In this document: in pieces, positions 17,869 to 27,104 of the stretch
Layout of the letters: every line of letters begins with the position of its first letter
Numbering within the stretch: position 1 is the first letter of the stretch
IMG/VR virus record: IMGVR_UViG_3300036979_000143
Location: 1 to 63,559 of that record
DNA from: a virus
Taxonomy: Duplodnaviria; Caudoviricetes
Direction: 5' to 3' (one strand)
DNA length: 63,559 nt
Notes under the pieces: generated by a model
Database searches by the model: none
Seen by the model: the letters and a program-made list of their open reading frames with translations, nothing else
What the model was told of the DNA's origin: nothing
Position numbers and translations under genes: made by a program

Positions 17869-18041
17869 AAGTATCTTAAAATGAACATGATGCTATTTAA
17901 CAAGAAAAAGTCCGCGATCGGCGATGATTTCGTTCGCGGGGTGTCGGTTTCGTGTGTCATTTGTCGGTAGGGTTTATTTGAATGTGAAGTGGAAGGTTAT
18001 AGCTCCAATCAGAACCCAAACTACAAACCAGTCTAGGAGGC

Positions 18042-18482
18042 TCAGTTATCTGATTGTTTAAGTGCTTTGCTTGCCAGCTTTTCACAAGCCTCTCTGCATC
18101 GGTTGTAAGTGCCGTCTGGTCGTTTAGGTGCGGCTATGAGTTTAAGGGCGGATCGAAGCCGCTCTACTTCAGCCTCTGCTTTCTTCCTTGCTTCCTGCTC
18201 TCGTTTGGCGCGGGTTCCGTAGTCCCAATCGGCAAGCTCCTTCTTAAGCCTCTCTACCTCGGCCTCTGATGCGGCGAGTTCTCGCTCTAGTTTTCGGCTC
18301 AAAGCACGAAGCATTTCACTTTCAATGGTAAGGCTGATGGGGCGTGGTTGAAATTGCACGGCATCGGTGCGCGGTGTGTCGGTGGTAGTTGTCATTTTGT
18401 TTGTTACCATTGGGCCACTGCCGTGCATCTCATAGCATTTCTGGCATCGGCATTTAGGGCCGCACATTGTTTTCGTGGTCAT
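18042..18482 (-). CDS. TDTPRTDA-motif coiled-coil protein (paralog 1)
   Basis: Motif and LERELAAS block shared with neighbours. Confidence 0.7.
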   Translation of the reverse strand: MTTKTMCGPKCRCQKCYEMHGSGPMVTNKMTTTTDTPRTDAVQFQPRPISLTIESEMLRALSRKLERELAASEAEVERLKKELADWDYGTRAKREQEARKKAEAEVERLRSALKLIAAPKRPDGTYNRCREACEKLASKALKQSDN

Positions 18483-19012
18483 TTGTTGTCTTGGTTGATG
18501 GTTGCTTTGAGTTGGTTGAATTTATCGTTTGCGCTTTTGATAATTCTGCGCGGATCATTTTGCGGCTCAAATGCCCACCTTCCTGAAGCGGTAATAGCTT
18601 CAAGGGCAAAAACTCCTCCAAGAGAAAATTCCTCCGCGATCTCGATGGCGCGGCGGAGATTGGCCCGAAGCCTCTCGACCTCGGCCTTTGCTTTCTGACG
18701 GGCCTTGCGTTCGCGGCGAAGGTTGGCCTCTAGTTTTGCAAACTCATTATCCACCCCTTTGAAGGCTTCTTTGAGAATTGCGGCATCGGCTTGCATCTTT
18801 CGCATCAACCCTTCCTGACCGTCTATGATTTTCCAGAGCTTCATATTCTCGTCGATGTATTCGTTGAGTTCGCGTTCGATTTCAGCGCAAACCTCTGCGT
18901 GGACGTAGTTTTCATAAACTGGGCAATCTTTCTCGGAAAGATCGTGGTTTTTCTTGAGCGACATAGCGGCATCCGTTCTCGGTGTGTCGGTGCGTGGTGT
19001 GTCGGTTGTCAT
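18479..19012 (-). CDS. TDTPRTDA-motif coiled-coil protein (paralog 2)
   Basis: Tandem TDTPR-TDTPRTDA, AEVERLR. Confidence 0.7.
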   Translation of the reverse strand: MTTDTPRTDTPRTDAAMSLKKNHDLSEKDCPVYENYVHAEVCAEIERELNEYIDENMKLWKIIDGQEGLMRKMQADAAILKEAFKGVDNEFAKLEANLRRERKARQKAKAEVERLRANLRRAIEIAEEFSLGGVFALEAITASGRWAFEPQNDPRRIIKSANDKFNQLKATINQDNK

Positions 19013-19121
19013 TTTTAGTGTTTAAGCAGGTGCGCAATTAAACTACCGATGCCGAAGCAAACGCAGAATAGTAAGTAAGTGCATAACGCAATCCAGATTC
19101 GTTTTTTTATTTCAGTTTTTT

Positions 19122-19514
19122 TCATTTGTTTAATAGGTCGTAGTAGCGATTCATAATCTCTCTGACTTCCTGCTCGGTTGGGAAGTCGCGGCGCGACCAT
19201 TCATAAAACTCTTGGATGAGTTCTTGGAGGCAGACATTTTCAGTATGGAGTTTATCAATTTCAGCTTGAGCGTTTTTACAGGTTTCTAGGTGAGCCGTTC
19301 TTGCCTTCTTCCAGCCATCGTGAAGCCCTTTAATAAGGTCTTCTGCTTCTTTCATGCGTTGTGTAAGCCTCACGACCTCGGCCTTTGATGCGGCGAGTTC
19401 TCGCTCTAGTCCTTCGGCAAACTCTACTGGAACTGCTGACACCATAAATGGACGATCTCCGTAGAGTTCAATGGCGGCATCCGTTCGTGGTGTGTCGGTG
19501 TTTTCTTTATTCAT
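19122..19514 (-). CDS. TDTPRTDA-motif coiled-coil protein (paralog 3)
   Basis: Motif plus LERELAASKAEV. Confidence 0.7.
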   Translation of the reverse strand: MNKENTDTPRTDAAIELYGDRPFMVSAVPVEFAEGLERELAASKAEVVRLTQRMKEAEDLIKGLHDGWKKARTAHLETCKNAQAEIDKLHTENVCLQELIQEFYEWSRRDFPTEQEVREIMNRYYDLLNK

Positions 19515-20194
19515 ATTGATATAATTTTAGTGAATTCTCCTAGTCTCCTCATGATTGCGTCTCCCCGGTCGCGAGACATCATATCGTGAAGTTGTTCTGC
19601 GGTGGCATTAGCAGTCCATATGACAGGCAATTGCCTTTCACTCCTTTTGTCCAGTATATCGTACAACATCTCCTCTGCTGTCGGAGATAGCCGACCTTTC
19701 CCGATGTCGTCGATTAGCAAGACTTGGGCAGTATGTGCGGATCGGATACCCCGGAGCGCATCATTTTGCACTTCCTTATCGTTGCTGAACTGTTGGGTTG
19801 CAAACCGGGATATGTCCGTTGCTTTGAGGAAATACACGGATTTGCCGAGCATTTTCATCCTATGCAACAGGGAAACTGCCGTTCTAGTTTTTTGTGAACC
19901 GCTCACTCCTCGGATGCCAAGACCCTGCGGAGAGTATTCCCACGTTAGTACCTGACGTGCAAGGATGGGGTTTAAACGGCTTATATCGGTTTCTCGGTAC
20001 AACGGGGGAACCGAAGACCAAAAATCCCTTTCAAGGGCATCCTTGCGCGTTTGTTCGGCAAGCTGTTGGGCCTCCCGGTTGCGCTTTTCGATGCAAGGTT
20101 CGCAAATGTCTGCGAAACAAAGATTCCGGCCATTGAAGACGATTTCCTCGACTTCAAACTTTTCCTGACAAGAAATGCAATTTTTGTATTTCAT
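19511..20194 (-). CDS. DnaC/IstB-like helicase-loader ATPase
   Basis: N-terminal CxxC pair, GVSGSQKT Walker A variant, VLLIDDIGK, WTAN; follows the initiator. Confidence 0.85.
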   Translation of the reverse strand: MKYKNCISCQEKFEVEEIVFNGRNLCFADICEPCIEKRNREAQQLAEQTRKDALERDFWSSVPPLYRETDISRLNPILARQVLTWEYSPQGLGIRGVSGSQKTRTAVSLLHRMKMLGKSVYFLKATDISRFATQQFSNDKEVQNDALRGIRSAHTAQVLLIDDIGKGRLSPTAEEMLYDILDKRSERQLPVIWTANATAEQLHDMMSRDRGDAIMRRLGEFTKIISI

Positions 20195-20859
20195 TAGAAA
20201 ATGTTCCTGTATTTTGATTCTTGCTCTGTTTTTTGCTTTTTAGCCTCCTGCTGATCGACAGGGAAGATTCCCTGCCAGCCATTGGCGATAGCGTTATTGA
20301 TTGCGTTTATAGCGTTCAAGGTACCCCATGCTTCCATCTGTTTCCACTTGGCAAGGAAGGATGTTGGGTATAGTGGTTTTTTCCGTTCTTTTCGATATTG
20401 GATGAATTTTATCCATGAATCCTTGAATTCAGGAGTATTCAGCGATTCGGGAAGTTCAGAAAAATCGACTTCGCTTTCTTTATTGGTAATTGGTAATTGG
20501 GTATTGGTAATTGGGAGGGTTGGCGGTGGGTAAGCGTTGGGTAAGCGGTGGGTTTGTTTGCCTCCTTTTCTTCCGTTTTGTTTCTGTTTGTGTATGAATT
20601 CCTGATGATTTTGAACCTCCTCAAAAACTCGCTTATTTATCCAGCCTTCTTCCGTAAGCGTGAAAAACTCGTTCAGCATCGATTCGATCAACGATTCCGT
20701 AGAGCGCAGTCGTCGTGCCATGAGAGCCGGGTCATTTGGAATTGGGCATTCTTTATCGTACTGATAATCTATCAATCTCTTGTAGGTTGCATCTTCTTCA
20801 AGCGTTAGGTGCGCTGTTGCGGTGCGGTAGTCTCCAATATGGTAGTTATAGTAGTTCAC
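20194..20859 (-). CDS. YdaU/DUF1376-family replication initiator
   Basis: MNYYNYHIGDY...HLTLEEDATYKRLID N-terminus; C-terminal AIANGWQGIF. Confidence 0.85.
   Translation of the reverse strand: MNYYNYHIGDYRTATAHLTLEEDATYKRLIDYQYDKECPIPNDPALMARRLRSTESLIESMLNEFFTLTEEGWINKRVFEEVQNHQEFIHKQKQNGRKGGKQTHRLPNAYPPPTLPITNTQLPITNKESEVDFSELPESLNTPEFKDSWIKFIQYRKERKKPLYPTSFLAKWKQMEAWGTLNAINAINNAIANGWQGIFPVDQQEAKKQKTEQESKYRNIF
20481..20555. repeat. Iteron-like repeats within the initiator gene (candidate origin)
   Basis: Three 11-bp gcg(g/t)tgggtaa-type units at 20523-20555 plus ttggtaa repeats. Confidence 0.5.
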
Positions 20860-21103
20860 TATCCTTTGTTTTATTTATTAACCCTTGGGTTTCAAGATCG
20901 TCGTTGGTCGAATTAAAGCGGTTATACAGCGAAAGGAAAGCGTTTTGTAAAATTAAATTATATCGGCGTTCCAACTCTAACTGATCCCGGAGAAGGGCTA
21001 TTTCCTCCTCCGGGCTTTTGTTGTCATTTTCAGAACTCACGAGCCTCTTTTTTTCGCAATAGAGCAACGTTTTGATAAGACGAATCGTTAAATGAAGGAA
21101 CAT
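20846..21103 (-). CDS. Hypothetical protein
   Basis: ORF in operon order; start uncertain. Confidence 0.4.
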   Translation of the reverse strand: MFLHLTIRLIKTLLYCEKKRLVSSENDNKSPEEEIALLRDQLELERRYNLILQNAFLSLYNRFNSTNDDLETQGLINKTKDSELL

Positions 21104-21368
21104 TATATGTTCCCATCAACTGGTTTTCTTTGATGATAACTTCGGCTTTGTAAACGCATATTGCTTGAACTACGGCGAATCCACGGGGATGCGTGGGGTG
21201 TTTTGAAGCTAGCCTTTTTGCTTCCTGAGATGCTTCTAAAACGCAGTCGTATCGCCTCGTTGGAGAAGCGTCCATTTGTTGCAACCCATCGCTACCTAGG
21301 CGCACAACCATGTAGAAAGGATTAACGCCTACGTCTTCCGAAATGTCTTTTTGTGAATTATTTTTCAT
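21030..21368 (-). CDS. Hypothetical protein
   Basis: PTRRY...ASQEAKRLA...P...FAV pattern of small phage proteins. Confidence 0.6.
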   Translation of the reverse strand: MKNNSQKDISEDVGVNPFYMVVRLGSDGLQQMDASPTRRYDCVLEASQEAKRLASKHPTHPRGFAVVQAICVYKAEVIIKENQLMGTYNVPSFNDSSYQNVALLRKKEAREF

Positions 21369-21597
21369 TGTTTTGATTGTTGATGTTTTTAAGTGTTTCT
21401 ATGATTTCTGATAACGCTTTGTCGTGTTTTTTTAGCAATTCCTCATATCCTTTAATCAGATCTGAACCTAAGACTGCTTTCACTCCACCTACAAAGGCAA
21501 GCCATTGATAGTGTTCGTGCCAATGGTCTCCTTTCGGGACAATTCCCCTAATTCCTTCTGTTGAATACCAATTTTTGAACTCTTGTTGAATGTTCAT
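21358..21597 (-). CDS. Hypothetical protein
   Basis: Start re-set to MNIQQ. Confidence 0.55.
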   Translation of the reverse strand: MNIQQEFKNWYSTEGIRGIVPKGDHWHEHYQWLAFVGGVKAVLGSDLIKGYEELLKKHDKALSEIIETLKNINNQNNEK

Positions 21598-21748
21598 TAG
21601 TTTTTTACCTCTCTTGCGTCCACTGTCATTTCTCCCCACTCCTTGCTGTGGACAAGCAATTTGTGGTTTCCTGCCTTGCCAATGATGTGCGCTTTGAAAC
21701 AGCGACCATCCTTGAGCTTGACACTACATTTTTTCTTTATGTTTGTTT

Positions 21749-22093
21749 TCATGATTCTGCGTCAAACGTGCTTTTGTTGAGTTTGAAAATCCCGTCTAGA
21801 TCGCGTTCCTGCTTCATGATGAGCCGGGCATAGCCAGCAGCGAAAGCATTGGGGAATTTGTATTCCTCTTCACTTTCTACACTCATAAAATAGTTCCAGC
21901 GAAGTACCTCAAACAGCATCTGGATTCCGATCACCCTTCCCGGCCTGTTCCTTCGGCAATCCCTAGCAAGTTTGACTAGGTTGCGATAAACTGATGGGTT
22001 GTTTTCATGGAACTTTTCAAACCTTTCTGCCAAGGAGTACTTGTCTGGCTCCGGGCAAATTGGATCAAAACACAACTCTAGAGTTTCGTTCAT
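21749..22093 (-). CDS. Conserved phage hypothetical protein
   Basis: FHENNPSVY...LFEVLRW...N..AAGYARLIM pattern. Confidence 0.65.
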   Translation of the reverse strand: MNETLELCFDPICPEPDKYSLAERFEKFHENNPSVYRNLVKLARDCRRNRPGRVIGIQMLFEVLRWNYFMSVESEEEYKFPNAFAAGYARLIMKQERDLDGIFKLNKSTFDAES

Positions 22094-22434
22094 ATTCTTT
22101 GGATTGCGGTGGATTCGGGATAGCCCATAGCCAAAAGGACATGGAAAATCTCATTTCCATCTGGCTCTTTGACCAGTTCAGGATTTGCCCTTTCCCACAT
22201 CAACTGCGAATAGGGAACATTCAAAAACTCATCCAAGTGAGGCCACCTATCGGGAACTGGTCGATTTGCGAACCAATCCCACCAAATCAGCCTTGCTACA
22301 TACGCTCGGATGTCTCCGGGAACTTGAAGTACCAATTTGCGCCATTCTTCAGGGGATCTCTGGCGAAGCTGATCCGACATTTTCTTGTTGTTGTTTAGTC
22401 TTTCTCTCTCTTCTAGTGATTTATTCTTTTTCAT
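22090..22434 (-). CDS. Hypothetical protein
   Basis: Coupled ORF. Confidence 0.6.
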   Translation of the reverse strand: MKKNKSLEERERLNNNKKMSDQLRQRSPEEWRKLVLQVPGDIRAYVARLIWWDWFANRPVPDRWPHLDEFLNVPYSQLMWERANPELVKEPDGNEIFHVLLAMGYPESTAIQRI

Positions 22435-22867
22435 TATTATTATTTGGCAATTTATTCATTTGAACATCTATCCAAGGATGTGAGCCAGCCGGGGCATAGA
22501 ATTTACGAAGCGTAAGCGCAACAATCTGCGAGTCGTTCAACCAAAATCCTCTGAAAGCATCTTGCGTTCCTTTCTGAAGATTATCTAGGTCAGGACGTTT
22601 CGGGTGGTATTGCGCGCACGACCCATATTTTTTAGCGTTTAGTCGGGCAGGACGCTCAAGATAATAGTCAACTTTCAAGTGTATCGGGCATTCCCAAGGA
22701 GTATTCGGGCGATACTTGCTTGCGTATAGACGGATTATTTTTTGATAGTCGCTGGCTTTCTGCGTTTTAAAAAATATGGGCCTTCCGTGGCGGATTATCA
22801 ACTGTTTGCCCGACACTTGCAAAGATATCGGGCAAACAGGGATGATGAATTTAATCAAATCAGTCAT
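22421..22867 (-). CDS. rusA: RusA-family Holliday junction resolvase
   Basis: KRPDLDNLQKGTQDA...NDSQIV...K catalytic motif. Confidence 0.9.
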   Translation of the reverse strand: MTDLIKFIIPVCPISLQVSGKQLIIRHGRPIFFKTQKASDYQKIIRLYASKYRPNTPWECPIHLKVDYYLERPARLNAKKYGSCAQYHPKRPDLDNLQKGTQDAFRGFWLNDSQIVALTLRKFYAPAGSHPWIDVQMNKLPNNNNEKE

Positions 22868-23129
22868 TTATTCCGTCCGCAAAAGCGTCGATCCTTTCCT
22901 CTTGGCAGAGGTGGCAACGAAATACGGAGTTGTGAGGATTGCTTTTATCTGCTCTCACGATGAACAGATCAATATCTCTATTGATGATTTCTGCTCCCGA
23001 GTAATCAGTATCGCAGTCCGGGCAATGAAACACTTGATCGGGTTTTACCCCTTTACTAGATAGAATCGCTGCCATCTTCGTTAAACATATCTGGTTGAGC
23101 CGGGTTTTTGACGAAACATTCGGCCTCAT
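22860..23129 (-). CDS. Small Zn-finger protein
   Basis: CPDC...CHLC; start uncertain. Confidence 0.55.
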   Translation of the reverse strand: MRPNVSSKTRLNQICLTKMAAILSSKGVKPDQVFHCPDCDTDYSGAEIINRDIDLFIVRADKSNPHNSVFRCHLCQEERIDAFADGIND

Positions 23130-23421
23130 CCGTGTTTTTGACGGAGTATCCTAGCTTCGCTTTTACCGACCGGGCATCAGGCGACAGATGCTTCAACGTA
23201 ATGTTGATGGAAACAGATGCTTTGCCTTCTGCGCTATCGTAGATGGTTTTTTGGATTCCGTGCCAGTTTGCTTCAAGCAAACCGACGATTAGGTTTCCAG
23301 TTCTATCTAGTTCCAGCTTGCCGAACTCAAGGGGATCGTAATCGCCAGAGAATACTTGCGTAACATCCGGGGTGAGGACGATTGACCCGTCATTGTTGGG
23401 GATTTCCTTTAGGGATTTCAT
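23056..23421 (-). CDS. Hypothetical protein
   Basis: Start re-set to MKSLK; C-terminal QPDMF resembles a beta-clamp-binding motif. Confidence 0.55.
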   Translation of the reverse strand: MKSLKEIPNNDGSIVLTPDVTQVFSGDYDPLEFGKLELDRTGNLIVGLLEANWHGIQKTIYDSAEGKASVSINITLKHLSPDARSVKAKLGYSVKNTDEAECFVKNPAQPDMFNEDGSDSI

Positions 23422-23422
23422 G

Positions 23423-23956
23423 TTAGAATGGGATGTCATCGTCAGCTTCAGGCTTGGACTTCTCGGAAGGGGTTGGTGCCCAAACTCCCTCGTCGGAGTC
23501 TTCAAGAGCAGTTTTAGCAACTGATTTTGCTTTTTTGGTTAGCTGGGCAATTGCCTTCAGCTTGTTTTTGTCCAGAGCTGGGCCAGAAGGTTGAGCCGAG
23601 TTGAGCCAACGCACTTTAATGATCGTTTTCCCATCGTATTCTTCTTCCTCGCACACAACCTGACACTCTTTCCCGGTGAAAGGGTCAACTTTCCCCTCCG
23701 TGACCGCTTCGATGTCTCCGTCCCATCCGAATGCTTTGGTGAGCGTCTTGATGGTGTTGTCAAATGCACCGGGGGTTAGGTATCCGCGCCAAACGATCTC
23801 GCGACCAGTTTGCTCGCCTCCCTGCTTGATTTTGACAGGTATTCTGATGAAGGGGGAAGCCTTGGCTCCTGCCTCACCGAACCATCCGTTTCCGGGTGAC
23901 TTGACTACGGCAAGATACTTTCCTGCCTCTGTTACATATCTATTTTCTTCTGACAT
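23423..23956 (-). CDS. Single-stranded DNA-binding protein (DUF669-like)
   Basis: Acidic DDDIPF C-terminus; recombination module context. Confidence 0.7.
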   Translation of the reverse strand: MSEENRYVTEAGKYLAVVKSPGNGWFGEAGAKASPFIRIPVKIKQGGEQTGREIVWRGYLTPGAFDNTIKTLTKAFGWDGDIEAVTEGKVDPFTGKECQVVCEEEEYDGKTIIKVRWLNSAQPSGPALDKNKLKAIAQLTKKAKSVAKTALEDSDEGVWAPTPSEKSKPEADDDIPF

Positions 23957-23975
23957 GGTGTTGTTTTGTTTTGGT

Positions 23976-25031
23976 TTACTTTTTGCGAGACATGACAGGC
24001 TCGCCCTGTTTGTTTGCAAGAACATTGCCGAGCAATTCTGCCAGCTTGTCCTTGCCTTCTTTTGCTTTCAGTTGCAATTTAGCGACAACAGCTTTTTCAA
24101 GCTGGGATACGCTGACTTTGCAACATTGGGCAAATTCTGATGGGTCTAAAACTGAAGACAAAGCACCATAGGCTTCATCCGCATTTTCAACTGAACGGGT
24201 CGTGCGTCCCGGCTTCAGTTCCCACCCCCTAATTAGCGATCCTGCATTAAGGCGACGCCTCGTTTCAGATCGAATTGCTTCAATAACGGATTCGGCAACA
24301 TCTGCCGCATCGTTATACTCTGCTAGTTGGGCATCTCCAAGCTCAAGGATGCTCAAGGGGGAAGTTTTAGCAACCTCGTGAACCTTTGCCCCGGCTTCAG
24401 GACAGATGCTCTTTGCCTTGCAATATTTGCAGGCATTGGGCGAAGGAATCCTATTCGCATTGGGAGCGTAAGCCCTAGTCACTAAAACAGATATTTCGCT
24501 TCTAGCCTCTAGCAAAGAATCCTCATCATATTCTGCAATCGTGTAAGGCGTATCCGTCATCGGCTGAATGATAGAAACGTATATCTTTTTCAGTTTAGGA
24601 AGATTCGCTTTTACCAACACCGCATAGGCGCGAAGTTGGAAATTAGATTCTGCCGCACCTTGGGACATTCTCCCTGTTTTGTAATCGCTCACGATGGCAA
24701 TTTCATCGCCAATGTGGTCGATTCTATCTATCTGACCAGAGAACAAATCGCTGAACCATAGGCGTTTCTCCGTAGTTACATAAGTAACTTCGCCTGCTTT
24801 GATGGTTTCAACCACCTCCTTATGGTAGTGGATGCACCATTCAGCGATGTTTTTCTCTTCCGAGGTCAGGTCTCCTTTCCCGGTGGCAATCCATTCGTGG
24901 ATTCTTGTTCCTTTCTCTGCGGCTTCACTCGTCTCGCGAGGCATGGTTGCCTCCAAGGAGAATGATCCGGGACAGAGCGCAATGCGGTTCATTCCGCTTG
25001 CGCTGATCTTTCCTTCGCGTTCGTCGCTCAT
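23976..25031 (-). CDS. PD-(D/E)XK (DUF2800/Cas4-like) exonuclease
   Basis: CPGS, GTRIH, GQIDRI, DYKTG, QLRAY and CKYCKAKSIC motifs. Confidence 0.85.
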   Translation of the reverse strand: MSDEREGKISASGMNRIALCPGSFSLEATMPRETSEAAEKGTRIHEWIATGKGDLTSEEKNIAEWCIHYHKEVVETIKAGEVTYVTTEKRLWFSDLFSGQIDRIDHIGDEIAIVSDYKTGRMSQGAAESNFQLRAYAVLVKANLPKLKKIYVSIIQPMTDTPYTIAEYDEDSLLEARSEISVLVTRAYAPNANRIPSPNACKYCKAKSICPEAGAKVHEVAKTSPLSILELGDAQLAEYNDAADVAESVIEAIRSETRRRLNAGSLIRGWELKPGRTTRSVENADEAYGALSSVLDPSEFAQCCKVSVSQLEKAVVAKLQLKAKEGKDKLAELLGNVLANKQGEPVMSRKK

Positions 25032-25819
25032 CAGTTTTTCAGGGAGAAAGCGATGATTTCGCTGAACACATTCACGAGGCGTTCCTTGAGCTTGTCGCTG
25101 AAGTCAGCAACAAACTCTGGAACATCCTTCATTCCTTTGGACAGGCAGAAAGAACGAACGTCTTCCTCGGAAACCTTGTTCTCGTCCATAAGGCGGAAAA
25201 GGTCATCGTGAGGATTAACTTGAGACTTCACCTCGTCCTTGAGGATTTGCGCCTCAATGACTTCAGGATCTTCAACAGGCACAGGCTTGGAGAATACAGG
25301 CTTGGCTATTGCTGGCTTGGCAGAGGATTCAGCCGGGGTAAAGTCTTGGACTTCCTCCGGGGTATAAAGACCGCTGACAACGCTTGGGTAAACTGCCCTA
25401 ACCCCTTCGCTAATGACGCGAGCAGAAAGCATTTGGCGAGGATATTTCTTCCAGTTGTCGCCATTGGCTAACCCTGCTCTCTTTGCGTCTTCGATAGTCC
25501 AAGTGATAGGAACCTTTCCTCCTTGGGGATGCGAGAACGTGGCCGAAACCTTAACATCCGTGCGCTCGTCCCAAGTGATTGAGCCTCCTGCCTGTTGGAA
25601 ACGTGCCAGCATTGCATCAGCCTTCAAACTAGGCCGTCCTTTGATGATATGGTATTCCTTTGCGGCAGACGCAGGATGGCGTCCTTCGCTTTGGGCTACG
25701 AGCATCAACGCAAGAGCCTGATCGGGGGTATTAACCCCGAAAAGGCCACTCTTGGCAACTGCTACGGCCATCCTCTCAACATCGCTGACGGGAATGAGCA
25801 CTGCAAGTTGGTTTGACAT
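25031..25819 (-). CDS. RecT/Redbeta-like ssDNA annealing protein
   Basis: YHIIKGRPSLKADAM, NWKKYPRQMLSAR and GLYTPEEV motifs; start re-set to MSNQL. Confidence 0.8.
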   Translation of the reverse strand: MSNQLAVLIPVSDVERMAVAVAKSGLFGVNTPDQALALMLVAQSEGRHPASAAKEYHIIKGRPSLKADAMLARFQQAGGSITWDERTDVKVSATFSHPQGGKVPITWTIEDAKRAGLANGDNWKKYPRQMLSARVISEGVRAVYPSVVSGLYTPEEVQDFTPAESSAKPAIAKPVFSKPVPVEDPEVIEAQILKDEVKSQVNPHDDLFRLMDENKVSEEDVRSFCLSKGMKDVPEFVADFSDKLKERLVNVFSEIIAFSLKN

Positions 25820-25823
25820 CGTA

Positions 25824-26018
25824 TTAGGCGGTAGCGGTTTCGGCTTCGATGGGTTGGGCCATCTGTTCCTTGGCGGAAGCCATTCGGGACTGCATTGCGC
25901 CGACGAGAAACTTGCGGAGAGTTTCCCGGTTCTTCTTGCCTCCGATTGCGGAGACTGCTGCTTGGATCTCGTCATCACCATAAGGGATGCGTAGGGTCAG
26001 GGATTTATTCTGATTCAT
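25824..26018 (-). CDS. Small hypothetical protein (possible ribbon-helix-helix)
   Basis: SLTLRIP strand followed by two predicted helices. Confidence 0.4.
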   Translation of the reverse strand: MNQNKSLTLRIPYGDDEIQAAVSAIGGKKNRETLRKFLVGAMQSRMASAKEQMAQPIEAETATA

Positions 26019-26159
26019 TTTTGTTGTTGTTGTTTGTTTGGTTATTCCCACGATTTTCGAGGGAAAGTTTCAGCCTATTGTATGCGCGGATCTGTTTATC
26101 GCGTTTGTTGCGGATTTCACGGACATCACGGCTGGTAAAAGAATATGGAGGTCGATAGC

Positions 26160-26381
26160 TCATTTTCGGACAAAGGCTAGGTATTGGCTGTTGCTTGCTT
26201 TTTGAACCTTATACCCTGCGCTCTTGAAGAGTTTCTTGGATTCATCTTGGTCATTGAAAAACGCGAGGCAATCGCGACCGAAGGAAACTGCTCCGTTGTC
26301 GTGGAGGACTAGGGATCGGTTAGGGTATTGCTCGCGATAGTTTTCCCATAAGGCGAGGTCGGTATTGTATAGCGGTGTCAT
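26160..26381 (-). CDS. Hypothetical early protein
   Basis: ATG behind AATAAATAAA leader and promoter motif. Confidence 0.6.
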   Translation of the reverse strand: MTPLYNTDLALWENYREQYPNRSLVLHDNGAVSFGRDCLAFFNDQDESKKLFKSAGYKVQKASNSQYLAFVRK

Positions 26382-26435
26382 TTTATTTATTGGGTTTAGG
26401 TTATTTATTGGATTTAACTAACAACATCATCATGG

Positions 26436-26458
26436 CTCCGATGATTGCGAATGGAAAG
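26436..26458 (-). promoter_or_regulatory. Repeated early promoter motif (degenerate copy)
   Basis: ctccgat-N10-ggaaag with the same spacing as the copies at 32675 and 34655. Confidence 0.55.
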
Positions 26459-26475
26459 CAAAAAAGTAGGCTATT

Positions 26476-26931
26476 TTACTCTTTTGGGATACTTTTTTCG
26501 GAATAGATGGCGAGTTTTGAAGGCCAAATATAAGGCAAATCGTCAGGAATCTCATCACCGAAAATGGGCCTGTAATGCTCTGGCATTTTGCGCAAGAGGT
26601 TGCTCTGGTGAGACAAACAAAGTTCCGTCTCGCTGATCCATAGAGGCTCAAGGCAATAGGGCAAAGTAGCTTGTGCTTCGCGCATATTCTCAAGCATCGT
26701 GTCTTTGTATCCCCGGCCTAGCCATTCTTCGCAACAAGCCATGCCGTATTGGAGCAGTTGCCACTCATATCCAGCCCACATTTTTGCGGCAGGGTGGTTG
26801 CGCCAACCCTTCGTGATGCCAGCTAATGCGCGATATATTTGCCAAACTTCGACTCGCTGTTTCCCTAGGCGTCTATTATCAAGACAAGCGGCAGATGTTT
26901 TGTAGGATTCGTATGGTAGGAATGTTTGCAT
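26476..26931 (-). CDS. Pyrimidine-dimer DNA glycosylase (DenV-like) family protein
   Basis: MQTFLPY, LDNRRLGKQRVE, HPAAKMW, SHQSNLLRK and YIWP motifs. Confidence 0.85.
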   Translation of the reverse strand: MQTFLPYESYKTSAACLDNRRLGKQRVEVWQIYRALAGITKGWRNHPAAKMWAGYEWQLLQYGMACCEEWLGRGYKDTMLENMREAQATLPYCLEPLWISETELCLSHQSNLLRKMPEHYRPIFGDEIPDDLPYIWPSKLAIYSEKSIPKE

Positions 26932-27104
26932 ATTTATTTATTGATTGGATTTGAATCAAACCCGTTTTTTGGATTTAGGCAAAGGCTTTTTTTTGCTAAA
27001 AATAGCATCCCAATTTTCCCGGTATTTTGCCCGATCTACAGGACGCTCGGCGTCACCTTTCCCGGCTCCTGTTCCAAACTGATTTTTAGGAATTGGTTGG
27101 CTCA

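Noticed and set aside
23976-25031. CRISPR-associated Cas4
   Set aside because: RecT/SSB context indicates a recombination exonuclease; no array is present
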